Source: the human T2T-CHM13v2.0 reference genome, Homo sapiens
DNA length: 64,000 bases
Reading direction: 5' to 3' (one strand)
Assembly (NCBI RefSeq): GCF_009914755.1
Contig: NC_060930.1
The position numbers and the translations under genes were made by a program. Each line of letters opens with the position of its first letter. Position 1 is the first letter of the stretch. A model generated the notes under the pieces. That model did no database searches. It was given only the letters and a program-made list of their open reading frames with translations, and had not been told where the DNA came from. Shown in pieces: positions 1-15,549 of the stretch.

Positions 1-693
1 AGTGACAAGAGACCGGCTTTAAGCCACAAAAAGTGATAATCATAAGTTGTTTACACTTGCAGTGCCTTTCAGCAAAAGAGCTCAGAAACACACAGGCACA
101 AAAACATACACAGTCCTCAACAGTCATTTCCTACTGACAATGAGTGGCTGTCTGCAGCAGCTGGGACACTCTCCAGGCACCTGAAGAAGCCAGTTGAAGG
201 ATGAGGTTAGCTCTCCCCACCTCCGTGGCCAAGGGCTTCTTGTTTTCTCACCTAGAATAGCCAGGCTGTCAAAAGCGTGGTCTGATGAAAGACTAAGAAA
301 GGCTGAAGATATGTTCCAAATTCAAGGAGTCTAAAGAGACCTGAAAGCCAAGTGCTAGACTGGATCCTGAATTGGGAAAAACTGCTATAAAAGATAGAAT
401 TGGGACCACTGGTAAAATCTGAATATCGTCTATATATTAGATAATAATGTAGCCATGCTAAATTTGCTGAACTGTGAACTGGTTCAATTTACTCTCAAAT
501 GGTTCACTGAAAAGAAATAGATACACAATATGTATTAGAAAAAGAGAGATGCAGCAAATATGGCAAATTGGTAAAAACTGATGAATCCCAGTGAAGAGTT
601 ATACAGGAGTTCATTTTACTACCCTTGTATATTTTCTGTAGGTTTTAACTTTTTTTCAAAATAAAGAGTTAAATAAGATATATAGGTCTATTT

Positions 694-1002
<309 letters not shown>

Positions 1003-1019
1003 CTATTTAAGAAAAGGTG

Positions 1020-1235
1020 TGGTGTGCAGACACAAGTGACTTGGGTTTGAATCTCATTTCTTTTATTTGCTAGCTATGTGAGCTTGGACAAGTCGAATAA
1101 CTTCTTTGAGCCTCAATTTCCTCATATGTACACTAACAGTAATTATTTCAAAGTTTTCTAATGAAGATTAAATGAAATAATGCATATGTAGCACTAAGCA
1201 TAATGCTGAGAACATAAAATACACACTTATTATCA
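1020..1235 (+). mobile_element. MIR
   Basis: Core ctatgtgagcttggacaagt...tgagcctcaatttcctcat...gattaaatgaaataatgca. Confidence 0.75.
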
Positions 1236-1459
1236 TGGCTTTAATGACTGAAACTGGACCCTCTGAAGATACCTGTGTAATAAAAGTGTTATGAATCCTT
1301 TCCTCACAGGCAAAGGACACTTCCCTAAACCTTTTCCCCCTTACCTAAAACTGTACATAAATTTTCTGATTTATTTTTACTCCCCAAATTTATGAATAAC
1401 TGACCAGAAATTTGACTTAATTGGAATTGTGTTAAACCTTACCACATTCACTGAGAACT

Positions 1460-1660
1460 AGCATTTATTAAAGCTTACTATGTGATATTAACCATTCTTA
1501 GTTCTTAAAATGCATTATCCTCTGTCTGCTATAAGAATCCTCTAAGTTTCTAAGGAAACTGAGGCTAGGGGAAAATAAGATAACTTGGTCAAAGCTGACG
1601 ATAGGGGTAAAGTCAGGACCTCAAACCTAGATATGGCTAATTTCAAAGTTAATGCTTTAA
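1460..1660 (-). mobile_element. MIR
   Basis: gcatttatta...tactatgtg...aaggaaactgaggct...taacttggtcaaag. Confidence 0.6.
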
Positions 1661-1807
1661 TCCTGTAAATACACAAGGGGGTACAGTATCAAGCCAGATT
1701 TAATGAAAAGCCTGAATTGCACAAGAGTATTTTTAGGAAATGTAGGTTTTTAGTTTTGAGAGTATTTTAAGCTGCCATATACATGGCCACTTAAAAGTAA
1801 ATTGTGA

Positions 1808-2098
<291 letters not shown>

Positions 2099-3644
2099 GT
2101 AAATTGTGGAAGTTCGTATTTTTTGTTTTTTTTAAAGGATTCAACTCACTATAACCTACCAAAACATTAAAGAAAAACCTTTTAAGTGCTGGACATCAAA
2201 TGTTAAAGATGCTTTAACAGAATTCATTAACTTCCATTGCACTGTTTTAACTACTATATTTTAAGGCTCAATCTCTCTTGCTTATAAGTAATGTTCTGAG
2301 AACAAGAAACTGAAACATTTAACATGTTTTACCCAATGAAGAAAATAGCATTTAAAATTTCCAAGTAAATATAATACTATATAGATATTAAACACTGTTT
2401 ATTAACAGCATTTAATAATACAGGAAAATTATCAGGTGGTAATGTTAAATGAAAAAAGCAGGATGAAAAATTTCACATACAAATGTGATCTCATTATCCT
2501 AAAAATTACACATGGAAATAAGAACAAACTATATAAAATGTAAACACTGACTGTCTCTAGGTGGTGAGATTATGGGCTACTTTAATTTTATTCTTTAGAC
2601 TTTTATGTATTTTCTGCAATAAGCATGTATTACTTTCACAATCAGAAAAAGGTAAACATTAAACAAATTAGAAAAACAGACTCCACCAAAAATTACAAGT
2701 AGAAATTGATGAGGTTTGCAACTGCAAAAACTGTTTTACTACTCAAGTTTTTCATCTATAAGCAATGAAAACACATGAAGATAGAACATATTTTAAAGTG
2801 TGTGCATGTGTGTGTGCATATATGTGCGTGTGCATGTGTGTGCATGAGTGAGCACAGAGCTGCCAGCTGGGGCACAGCCTCAGCTGAGAGATTCCTGAGG
2901 CACCAGGTCACCTGATTCTAGGGCCTGCTGGTCTCCACTGGGCAGGTGGGGAGGGGCAGCAAGGCCTCCAGTTACAAGGGCACCTGCTTCCTCATTGCCT
3001 AAGAGGGCCCCAGGCTCTGCACACAACCCTGCCTCCTGCTGGTTAACAGGACTGGCTTGTTGCTGCTCCAGCAAACAATCTGAGGAAACCCCAGAGCCCA
3101 CAAACCATCTGTGACCCAGACTGGTTCTTACTGAATCCTGTGGGTTCTCAGAACACTGTACTCCACCACAGAAAAACCAATCTGACGGCAAAGCCAGGCC
3201 ACCTCCTCCTAACCCCTCCCTCCCCATGTTTGTTTTAGCTGGGTAAAAGTAACTCTGATTAACATCATTTACATGAACAACTTACCACTTACAGCTAATG
3301 ACCATATGGCACAATAATGATCATGCACATTGTTAAGCATGTGCCAGATTAATTGTGTTGTTCATTGTACTTGATTACCATGGCAATCTGCACTGTAATC
3401 AGGGTGCGTTCATCTTCCATGACTATTTCAAGGTCATCCATTTAAACGGTTTAAAAATAATAGAATGCTTCAGGGCAGTAATCTTGGGCAATAAGGTTTA
3501 TTTCTAAAGCCAGATGTCAGCGTTTAATTATAACAGTAATAATAAATTATGGCAGCTACATTTATCCAGAGTCTACCAGGTAAAGGCACGTTATGAGCCT
3601 AATGATATTTCATCCTCAATACAATCTTGTAAGTATCACTTTCC

Positions 3645-3654
3645 GTGTGTGTGT

Positions 3655-3685
<31 letters not shown>
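3645..3685. repeat. (TG)n microsatellite
   Basis: About 20 TG units with one interruption. Confidence 0.95.
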
Positions 3686-3686
<1 letters not shown>

Positions 3687-4217
3687 TAACAGTTAACAGA
3701 GAGAATCCGAGCTGAGTGGGCAAAGGATTTTTAAGCAATGGAAGAGAAAAATGGAGACTAGACTCTCACAAAAGCTGAAAGGCAGAGCGTCAAGCTGTGT
3801 AAGGCAGGTCACAGGCAGTGAGTAAAGAGGAAGATGAGCAAAAGCTTTACCTCATCGATTAGATGAGGATGTCAGATACAATACAGATAGCAACACCTTA
3901 ACATCTTAATAAGATGAACAACTAGTTCACACCTAGTCAGTCTGTACACCACCTGTTCAGCACATTTATAATTATGTAGAATTGTTTCTACATCGGGTAA
4001 CATAATCAGTTTCCCCCACTCCTTGTTTATTTTATATTAAGTGTATAGGAAGCTCTGTTTTCTAAGAACGGTATGTTAACAGATTTTTTTCAGCAGAGGA
4101 TCAGGAATCAGATCTGAGTTGAAACTCCAGTTCCAATCCTTACTGATAGTGTGAGCAAGAGTAAGAAATGTAACCACTCTGAACCTCAGTTTTTTCATCT
4201 GTAAAGTGAATACACTA

Positions 4218-4639
4218 CAGTTGACCTTAAACAACACAGATTTGAACTGCCTAGGTCCACTTATACATGGATTTTCTTCCGTTTCTGCCACTCCTAAGAC
4301 AGCAAAATCAACCCCTTCTCTTCCTCCTCCTCAGCCTACTCAATGTGAAGACAATGAGGGTAAAGACCTTTATGATGACCCACTTCCATTTAATAAATAG
4401 TAAATATATTCTTTCTTATAATTTCTTCTCTGTAGCTCACTTTATTGTTAAGAATACAGTGCGTAATACATAACATACAAAATGTGTGTTAATCAATCAT
4501 TCATGTTATTGGTAAGGCTTCCAGTCAACAGTAGACTATTAGTATTAATAGTTAAGTTTGTCAGGGGGGAAATATATGTGGCTTTTTGACTGTTCAAAGG
4601 GTTGGTACCCCAACCCCTGTGTTGTTCAAGGGTCAAATG
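4218..4639 (+). mobile_element. Tigger2a/MER28 (TcMar-Tigger MITE)
   Basis: TIRs cagttgaccttaaacaac / gttgttcaagggtcaaatg with TA target duplications at 4216-4217 and 4640-4641. Confidence 0.88.
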
Positions 4640-4679
4640 TAATTCCTGCCACATCGAATAGTTGAGAATTAAATGATAA

Positions 4680-4810
4680 CCTGGGCACAGTGGCTCATGC
4701 CTATAATCCCAGCTACTCGAGAGGCTGAGGTGAGAGGATCATTTGAGCCCAGGAGTGATCTATCCTGGACAACACAGGGACACCCTATTGCTAAAAAATT
4801 CAAATAAATA
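4680..4810 (+). mobile_element. Alu monomer (FLAM-like)
   Basis: Single ~125-bp arm with A-rich tail. Confidence 0.8.
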
Positions 4811-5017
4811 ATAGGAAGCATGCAATGAGATTAGCATAATGCGTGGCATTTGCTCAATAACTGTTATTATTGCATGCTAACTGGTATATTTATTTATAGA
4901 TTTCAGTCATTTAAGACAAAAATGTTAAAGTTAAGTAAGTAAATGTAAATGCAAAATGCCTGAAAGGTTATGAAGGAAGGATGGCTTGATTGTGGCCTTT
5001 AAGAATGTTGTACTTAC

Positions 5018-5160
5018 CCATAAATACAAGAGATGTCAATAACCACATCTATCATATCACAGCAGAGCTCATAGGTTTGCATATCCACCGGAGTACTATC
5101 AGTTGCAATATAAATTTTACTGACCACATCAAATAGAAATGCCTTTTCAATTCCAGAATT
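5018..5160 (-). CDS. RRAGD: RRAGD coding exon 5 (C-terminal roadblock domain)
   Basis: Acceptor tttcAG|AAT, donor GG|GTAAGT; 143 nt; [48 protein letters not shown]. Confidence 0.97.
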
Positions 5161-5337
5161 CTGAAATTTAAAAAAAAAAGTTGCCTTAAAGCAACAGTCA
5201 ACTTCAGACCATGTCATGACTACACAAAATTGAATGCCATTCTTAATGTAAAATACAAAATGAGCAAAACTCGCTACTAAAAATTTAAATTGTATCATTT
5301 TATTACAATTTAAACTTCACTGTCATAAACTTCTCTA

Positions 5338-5681
<344 letters not shown>

Positions 5682-6109
5682 TTATTTATTTTAGGTAACC
5701 AAATTGAGCAATATTTCCTAACTCGTAGAGATACATACCTGCAATTAGGAAAAGGCCAAGTAAAAATACTTTTACTGACTGTAAATTTTAAAATAAGCTT
5801 AGAAACACTAAACAAACACACTCAAAATTGTGTAGTGACAGAGTAAACGTGAGTATAACCAATAGGTCTGCCTCAATTCAACTCAGCAGCGCCTACCTGG
5901 AGCTGGTGATGTGTAGGGTTCATTCAGCACATCACTCATAGCATGTTAAACTTATAAAAAGCTATTCAACAGTTTGCGTCTTATCAATAAAGCCAAGTTT
6001 TATGTTCCCTACCTCTGGTGGGGCTCTATTAATATTGAATGATTGCCTACAGGCTTGAATAAACCCTCCAATTATACCAGTGAAGTGCAGGAATGCATCT
6101 GAGTAGTTA

Positions 6110-6402
6110 TATTTTATTTTTAGAGACAAGTTCTCGCTCTGATGCCCAGGCTGGAGTGCAGTGGCACAATCATGGCTCACTTTAGCCTCAGACTCCTGGG
6201 CTCAAGTAAGTACTCCTTCCACCACAGCCTCCCAAGTAGCTGGGACTACAGGCATGTGCTACCACACCTGGCTAGTTTTTACATTTTTTTTGTATAGACA
6301 GGATCTCACTATGTTACCTAAACTGGTCCCAACCTCCTGGCCTCAAGCCATCGTAACGCCTCAACCTCCCAAAGTGGGGCGTGAGCCATCAAGCTGGGCT
6401 GG
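6110..6402 (-). mobile_element. Alu (J-type), RRAGD intron 4
   Basis: Reverse Alu with J-like features, diverged. Confidence 0.9.
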
Positions 6403-6570
6403 GAGTTAAATTTTAAAGGATCTAAAAGAACACGTAGGAGTAATCTTTAAAAGTAATACTTAAATGACCTTGAAATGCTATAGAAGCAATCGGAAATAAG
6501 ATCTTTTTCACTCTTGCAATGTTATTTTCAAATTCTACAAGTGACTCAAACAGGAATATTATTTACTTAC

Positions 6571-6685
6571 TGAGATAAAGATGTTCAGCAAATTCTCCAG
6601 AGTTGGGAGTTGTGGAATCAGTTTCTGAACAACTTTGCTAAAAGCTTCAAATATTGAATGATCATATATGCTTGTCAGATAAAAG
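6571..6685 (-). CDS. RRAGD: RRAGD coding exon 4 (G5 motif TSIY); not in ORF track
   Basis: Acceptor tttcAG|CTT, donor TCA|GTAAGT; 115 nt; (S)[38 protein letters not shown]. Confidence 0.97.
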
Positions 6686-7514
6686 CTGAAAGAGGAAACG
6701 GTATTTCATCATGTTTTCCCTTTGAATGAGGAACAGGCTGCTTAGGCTATGTCAAAACACCGGTAATCTGCCTTCTGTATGTATAGTCCTAACACATACA
6801 GTCCAGCCCCCTTCAGAATTTACAGTGACCTCGGTAAAAAACAAGCCATTCCTCCCCACCTCCCAAAAAGCCCGAGCTGTGCCTATTCTCATCTGCTGTG
6901 CCTATTCTCATCTGCCAACTGGCAAGCTTACAACCGCAGCAATCTGTGTCCATCCCAGCTTCCTGACATTCTGCAAGACAATCCATGCCAGATCATCTTT
7001 ACACAAGCCTCTTAGGTTGTCCAATTAGTAACTTATATTCTTGATATTGAAGCAACTATTTTTTTTCCATTTCCCAATTTACAAAATGATGCATGTACTA
7101 CCTCACAAAAAATGATGGAAACATTGTTTTCCTTTGTGAGGATTCCTATTTGGATTGTTTTCAGACTACTCCTTTACTTATAATTACAGATAATATCTTT
7201 ATCAAGAACTGTAAACTTTAGCATCAACTAACTACTAAAATTATATTCATAGGTTTTCTATAATGTGTTTCTCATGTGAGGGGAGAACCTTAGCTTTGAC
7301 CATTGGTTAAAAAACAAAAAAACATCACTTTCACTAAAGATTAGCATTAGCACATGCAAAGCTCATTTTCCCCTAATCCTATCCATCTACAGCATGAAAC
7401 AGGGTAAAAAGAAGGTAAATTACTGCCCATGCCAAGCCAATCATGGTGACTCCGAACCCCAAACTTGCTTTCTTCCATCCTTTATTGGGATCCTTAAGGG
7501 GTTTCTGTTCTCAC

Positions 7515-7714
7515 CTGAGGTGAATTTTTTCTAATCCAGCATCTGCAAGGTCATCGTTTGCCCTCTGGTGAATATCTCTTTGGGTTTCAATTTTGTGGTC
7601 ATCTGACAGACCATCCACTTTATGAATAAACACCTCGAAGTTGATGTCAGTATTCACTTTGTAGGCCCTGGTCACCGTGAGGTGGAGCCTGGCCAGGGCT
7701 TCCATGTAATCATC
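7515..7714 (-). CDS. RRAGD: RRAGD coding exon 3 (G4 motif HKVD)
   Basis: Acceptor tcctAG|GAT, donor CAG|GTGAGA; 200 nt; [39 protein letters not shown]...EKIHL. Confidence 0.98.
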
Positions 7715-7972
7715 CTAGGACCAAAGGCAACGCCTGTGAGAGAAGGCCGCTTTGCTTCCTGAGCCTCCCACACACACTCTTCACCTGGAAACCATGTGGC
7801 TGCAACCCCCCGAAATACGTTGCAAAGGTTCCCCTCAACAAGCTGGCTTCTTATAATTCCAGTGTGAAAATTTAAGTTCTGTTAACAAAGAGAGGAAGAA
7901 GAAAGGCTAAAAAAATGCAGCTGATTTAGGCAGTTATGACTGAGGTTGATGACAGTCATAAAGATCAGAGTT

Positions 7973-8277
<305 letters not shown>

Positions 8278-8467
8278 TCAGAGTTGCGGTTTCAGGAAGA
8301 GAAACGGACCCTACTCCACATAAGACCTTCCCCAGAATACTGTTCCTCCTAACTTTTCCAGTCTCTTGTGAACTGTGATGAACAATTAGAGATGGAGGCA
8401 TGATACAGGCCACTGGGCGGGTGGGGAAGGAGCTGAGGAGCAATTTTAAGAACCACTGGTTCAGTGC

Positions 8468-8683
8468 AGAAGTCAGCAGACCACCGTCTGCAGGCCCTGT
8501 GCCTGTTTCTTAAAAGTAAGTTGTATTGGAACATGCTCATTTGCTTTCATATTGTCTAAGGCTGCTTTTGTGCTACAATGGCAGAGTTGAGTAAGTTTCC
8601 TCTAGAGAAACTCCTCAGAGACAGTACAGTCTACAAAGCTTAAGATGTTTGCCATCTGCCCCTTTACAGAAAAAGTCCCCTGG
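8468..8683. mobile_element. MER58A-like hAT-Charlie MITE
   Basis: attgtctaaggctgcttttgtgctacaatggcagagttgagta...ccctttacagaaaaag. Confidence 0.75.
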
Positions 8684-8799
8684 TCTAGAGGAATTGCCCC
8701 AAACAATACTAACTTTTTTCTTCTTCCCATGCCTATATAATGAACACCTCTGTATTTATCTCTATTTAGGAAATAAAACACCTACACAAAAGCCCTCTG

Positions 8800-9350
8800 T
8801 GTTTCTCCTCATCCTCCCAACCCATGCTATCCCTCTACCCCCTCATCCTCTAGAGACAACCACTATCCCAAGTTTAGTATTTATTCTCACTCATGTATAC
8901 ATTAATACAGACATATATATCCCCAAACATCACATATAATTCATTTACATTGTTTAAAAATGGAAAGAAATATTAAGTTGTGTGTATATTATAGTTTGCC
9001 TTTTTCATTCAACACTATGTCAGTGAGATTCACCTATGCTGAATGTTATCTGTAGTACATAACTACAGTGCATTAGTTCCTTTTAATGGCTCTATAAAAC
9101 TTCCTTTTATGGATGATCTATAATTTATATTTGCCTGCTGATGGACATTATTCCCATGTATATGTGATTACAATGATATATGTACAGTCTCATGTACATG
9201 TGGCTTACTCTGAAGGGTGACTTGTCAGGTCATAGGTAGGAGTGCCTTGACTGTACCTGGAAGTCTGTAAACAGCATCTGATGCTTCAGACCCTCACCAA
9301 CAATTGGTGGTGTCAGATCTCTTATTGCCAATTTGAAGGGTGTGAACAGG
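8800..9350 (-). mobile_element. Old L1 (L1M) fragment
   Basis: ttttcattcaacactatg...gagattcacctatg...ctgctgatggacatt resembles reverse L1 3' region. Confidence 0.55.
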
Positions 9351-9647
9351 TCTTGTTTTTATGGCAAAAAAAAAAAAAGGAAAGAGACCTGTAGGACAGA
9401 ATCTAAATGCCTTCCCCCTCTGCCCCGCCACTTGTGCCTCCAAACCTGGAAAAAACAGAAAGCCAATATAATTGGGGGTGTTTTCTGGCATTCTTCTATG
9501 CTCCAAACATCAGTAAAAATGTATCCCTAGTCTCTAGGCAAATCAAATATTAATTATACAAATAGGAAACTATGAAGAGGGAAAAACCGCAAATGGAGTC
9601 CTTCCCATCCTTCACACTCTACAGAGTTGTTTAGAATAAAGGACAAA

Positions 9648-10292
<645 letters not shown>

Positions 10293-10309
10293 TTAAGCAT
10301 TAAAAACTA

Positions 10310-10565
10310 AAGGTATTACTGTATGGTTCCACATAGATGAAATTCTAGAAAAGGCAAACTAAAGTGACAGCACTGCAGTGGTTGCCTGGGGCTGAGTGTT
10401 TCAGGGGATCACCTGAGAAAGGGCACAAGGGAACCTTTGGGGTGGTGGAAATATTCTATATCTTGAAGGAGGGGTGGTTACATGGTGTACACATTGGTCA
10501 AACCTGTTGAACTGTACACTTAAAATGAATGCATTTTATTGCATGTAAATTACACCTCAAGAAAA
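10310..10565 (+). mobile_element. L1M 3' end fragment
   Basis: tgaaattctagaaaaggcaaact...actgtacacttaaaatgaatgcattttattgcatgtaaattacacctcaa. Confidence 0.75.
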
Positions 10566-11196
10566 GTGTTATTGCTGTCTTTAACTGAGGAGGGGAGTTA
10601 AGGGAACATGTCTGTGAGCAAAACTACCCAATGTCAAGAGAGCATCACATCTCCAAAGATTGGAAATTGCTACTCTAACCTCCCTGCCAAGCATATAAAA
10701 TGGTCTGATTACCAACTAACTGAAAAAGCAGCATGCAGCTACAAGGACTAAAAAAAAGAAAATACTTGGTTGGTTAGAACAGAGGGATTGCAGGTGATTT
10801 TTCCCATCGTTTATTACTTTCTTTGACAAATAAAAATTAAGGTAAAATACACTGCATAGTTTCTACTCTGAAATTAGATCTGGGGATTATGGGCAGGTCA
10901 CAAGCACCAGCACAGGTCAAGAAGAAACTCTCTTTTGGATCCATAGCACATGTGCAATGGCTTCAGGAGATATGGTGCATTCTGTAGGCTGGGGAGCGGG
11001 GCTGGGGTGTCACCACAGATCATGGGAACCACTCTTGCTTTCATTCTTTTTTATTTTATGACATTCTGTGAGGACACATTTACTCCTGGGGGATATATTT
11101 ATCCGGCAATCCTGTGACTGTAAGGAATTCATGAACAAAAAATAAAAATATGAGGAGTGAGAACAAAATAGTATTGCTTAGAAATAAAGGAAAGGG

Positions 11197-12435
<1,239 letters not shown>

Positions 12436-14647
12436 AAGAAACAAAATTAAAATAAAAAACACATTTACCAACCTAAATTGAAGGTCTGCCTTCAATTTAA
12501 AAATAGGCAGATGTACCTATTTTCGCCACATTATAACCATATTAGAAACACCTAAAAATAGATTACACTGTAAATTTGAATTCCCATAAATGCAAATTGC
12601 TATGTAAGCACAACGTGGTATTTAAGTAAGTACTTACTAATCCATTGTCTTGAAATGATGAGTCATCTGGTTGGAAATCTACTCACCCATGGGTAGGACT
12701 ACTACAGCTACCCAGTTCAACAACTACAGAAACAGCTGCTGCGTGACTTAGGGAGAAAAATGGAGCTTAGAAGAGAGAGATGAGCATGACATCCCTGGAG
12801 CCTCCCCTTCCCTACAGCAGTGTGCACACACCCCATCCACTCCCCTTGAGCACTAAGCTCCCTAATTTATGGTGCTGGCAGACCTGAGACAGTAAAGCAG
12901 GGGATACTGCCAAGACCACAGATGGGCCAGAAAACAGGTCAGTACAAGTGGGACAGTCAGGAAAGCAGCTGCTGACAGCAGGCCCTGGACGTGGTGCAGG
13001 TAACACGTGTTTCTGGGTAGGCCCATGGGAAGAGAGTAAACTGCTGATCACAGATCAGGCATTGGATTTGAAGTCTCCCTCCTCCACACCCCTACCAAAA
13101 AGGAAAGGAAGAACCCTTCTAACCATTGGCCATGCTCCCACAGCCATACACGTACACAAATGCAGCCACTTGGAACTGAGAGGCTTAGTTGAAAATTTTG
13201 TTATTATTATTAAACAGGCACCTAGATCCTGAATGAACTTACGATCCTCTCAGGCATGGGGAGTCTACTCAGAGGATGGTTCTCGAGCATGGGCTCAGAA
13301 TGATATTATCGGGAATAGTCTTTGTAACACTTCAGCCCTAACAGCTCTGGTGCTCCTAGAAGGGCCAGGTGTGCTTAGCGGGGCGATGCACACCCGCAGC
13401 TGGCCAACCTGTCTCACTGTGGGTCCACAGTTCCAGGGAAAGGGCACAACCTGAACCTCAGAGTTGGTTCAGCGCATGCTGAGAAGGGCTGATGCCATTT
13501 ATTTCCCCCCAGCTGCAAAAGGGAGCCCTTGGGGAGCCTTCAGGCTGGGCCATATGTCATGGGCATTTTCTAAGAGCCCCAGACATGGATAGTTTGGAAA
13601 GCACCAATGCCCCTATCCTGCTGCACATCCCCTTCCTAAAATGTATCTGCCTGACACACTTGTGGTCCTACTGTCTCCCTTTGCCTCCCCTTTACACCAA
13701 CTACAGCAGAAAAGCCTCAGGATGTAAAAAACCCAGGGTGCCAAGGAGCCAATGTGGAATGCTAGAAAAGAACCTGATACAGGGAATGACTCGCGACTGG
13801 GAATGGGGCTCTTCAAAGCATAGGAAACAGGTTCCCAATTCTTTGCGTCCAACAAAGTGAAAGGAGAACCTACTCTGGAAGCCTGTTGTTAAACTACTAA
13901 AAATAATTTTTCATGATAGAAAACTTGGTAATTTAGGGGATATAACTTGGAAGGAATCTGAATAGCAGTATGAATGCTAGAATAAAACTCACCTCATATC
14001 CACCTACTTACTTATGTGAATAAAGTTTCTCAGTGCTTATAACTATATAAACAGAAAACAAAAATGGAACTGATGCCAAATATTGTCTTATTCAAGCATG
14101 GATATATGAAGTGGAAAAAATATCAAATATCCATCTTCTAAAGAGGGATATTTATCTCAAATTTTACTTTTTATATGTAATAATCATCTATAAAATACAT
14201 AATTATATTATCTTAAGCAATAATTATAATAATTTATTTCAGAAGAAAAATTTTCACACCTAGAACTTTATCTTCATAGGAAATAATAAACAGTTTAAAA
14301 TGTAAATTTATACACATGTTTTTGTTGCAGAGAACCTGTGATCTTTTGTAGATGTTGACTAGCGGTACCATAGTGGGGATGACATATTTGGCCTAAATGG
14401 GCCCCTCCATCAGTGAGGTTTCCTAGGTCTATGATTTGCTGAAGTGTCAATTGTTCCCTAATGCTCAATGGGTTGATTGTTGGTCACGGCTGGAGCCTTT
14501 TAACTTTGGCAAAGTCTGAGAGCCCTGACCAAGAAACACTTGTTTGGTAGAAAGGCCTATTCCAGAGTTTAAAAACCAAACCAAAAACATGGGGTGGGGT
14601 GGAGGGGACCGGCCAGGCCATCATACCCCTGAGACTCTGAGCTTTAC

Positions 14648-14943
14648 CTGTGAGTCAATGACAAATATCAGTGCTCCTGTTCCCCGGAAGATCATCTCAT
14701 AGTCAAATGTAGGGTCAAAAAAGTCAATCTGTCCTGGGAAGTCCCAAATCTGAAAATTGACAAAGGAGCTGTTGGAAACATCTTCCCGGCATATCTTATT
14801 AGTGCTCTCCAAGAACAGAGTTTCGTTGGGAGACATTTTGTGAAAGACAACTTTCTGAATAGACGACTTGCCGCTTCTCCTCAGGCCCATGAGCAGGATT
14901 CTCGGCTTCACTTCAGTGCTGAAGGGGTCACTGAAGTCCAGAA
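14648..14943 (-). CDS. RRAGD: RRAGD coding exon 2 (P-loop GLRRSGKSS, switch I, G3 WDFPGQ)
   Basis: Acceptor tttctccAG|TT, donor CAG|GTAAAG; 296 nt; [31 protein letters not shown]...IFVIDSQ. Confidence 0.98.
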
Positions 14944-15549
14944 CTGGAGAAACCACAAAATGAGAATGAAGGTGAGATGCTTTCACAGAGGTTAATTAGA
15001 GGAGTTTCACTTCCACCTCAAATGTGATTTATGATTCACAGATGATGCCACTCTTCCAAAGAGTGCTAACTACAGTCCCTCCACTTAAACCCCAAGTCTT
15101 GCTGACTTCACAACCTTAACACTTAACCGCTGGTCTATACTTCCCACCAGGCAAAGGGGACAGCTTTTGCTAAGTGCAAAACACTCAACAATAGAGTCTC
15201 GCCACTTCTTACACCATCCCGGAGGCCAGACACCAATATAATGCCACATCACAAGCAGGGACTCAGGAGCGTGAAGAGAGATTTATTTCCTGGAGCAGAC
15301 TGTGGAAAGAATCCAGGTCTGAGCATTCAGGAGCCATATTGTTCTCTGAGAAGCCATCACTAAAGAGATGCTTGTTGACGTGAGTTATGCCTCTCTTAGT
15401 CACCCTCCTCTGGCTAGTACTCTCCCAAGCCACGAAGGCCTGGAAAATGGGCCTTGGACTAGATGTCGCAGGTTTGGATTGTGTTACACAGCAGATGCAA
15501 AGTTTGTGAAAGGCAGACATCTCTCAGGCCCACCCTGGCTCAGGGCCCC

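Larger units (their letters stand above)
4100..4871 (+). mobile_element. MIR split by Tigger2a and an Alu monomer
   Basis: MIR pieces at ~4100-4217, 4640-4679 and 4812-4871 are collinear. Confidence 0.65.

Noticed and set aside
2880-3227. 115-aa minus-strand ORF as a hidden RRAGD exon or new gene
   Set aside because: No similarity to Rag C-terminal sequence or any family I recognise, and no supporting splice structure.
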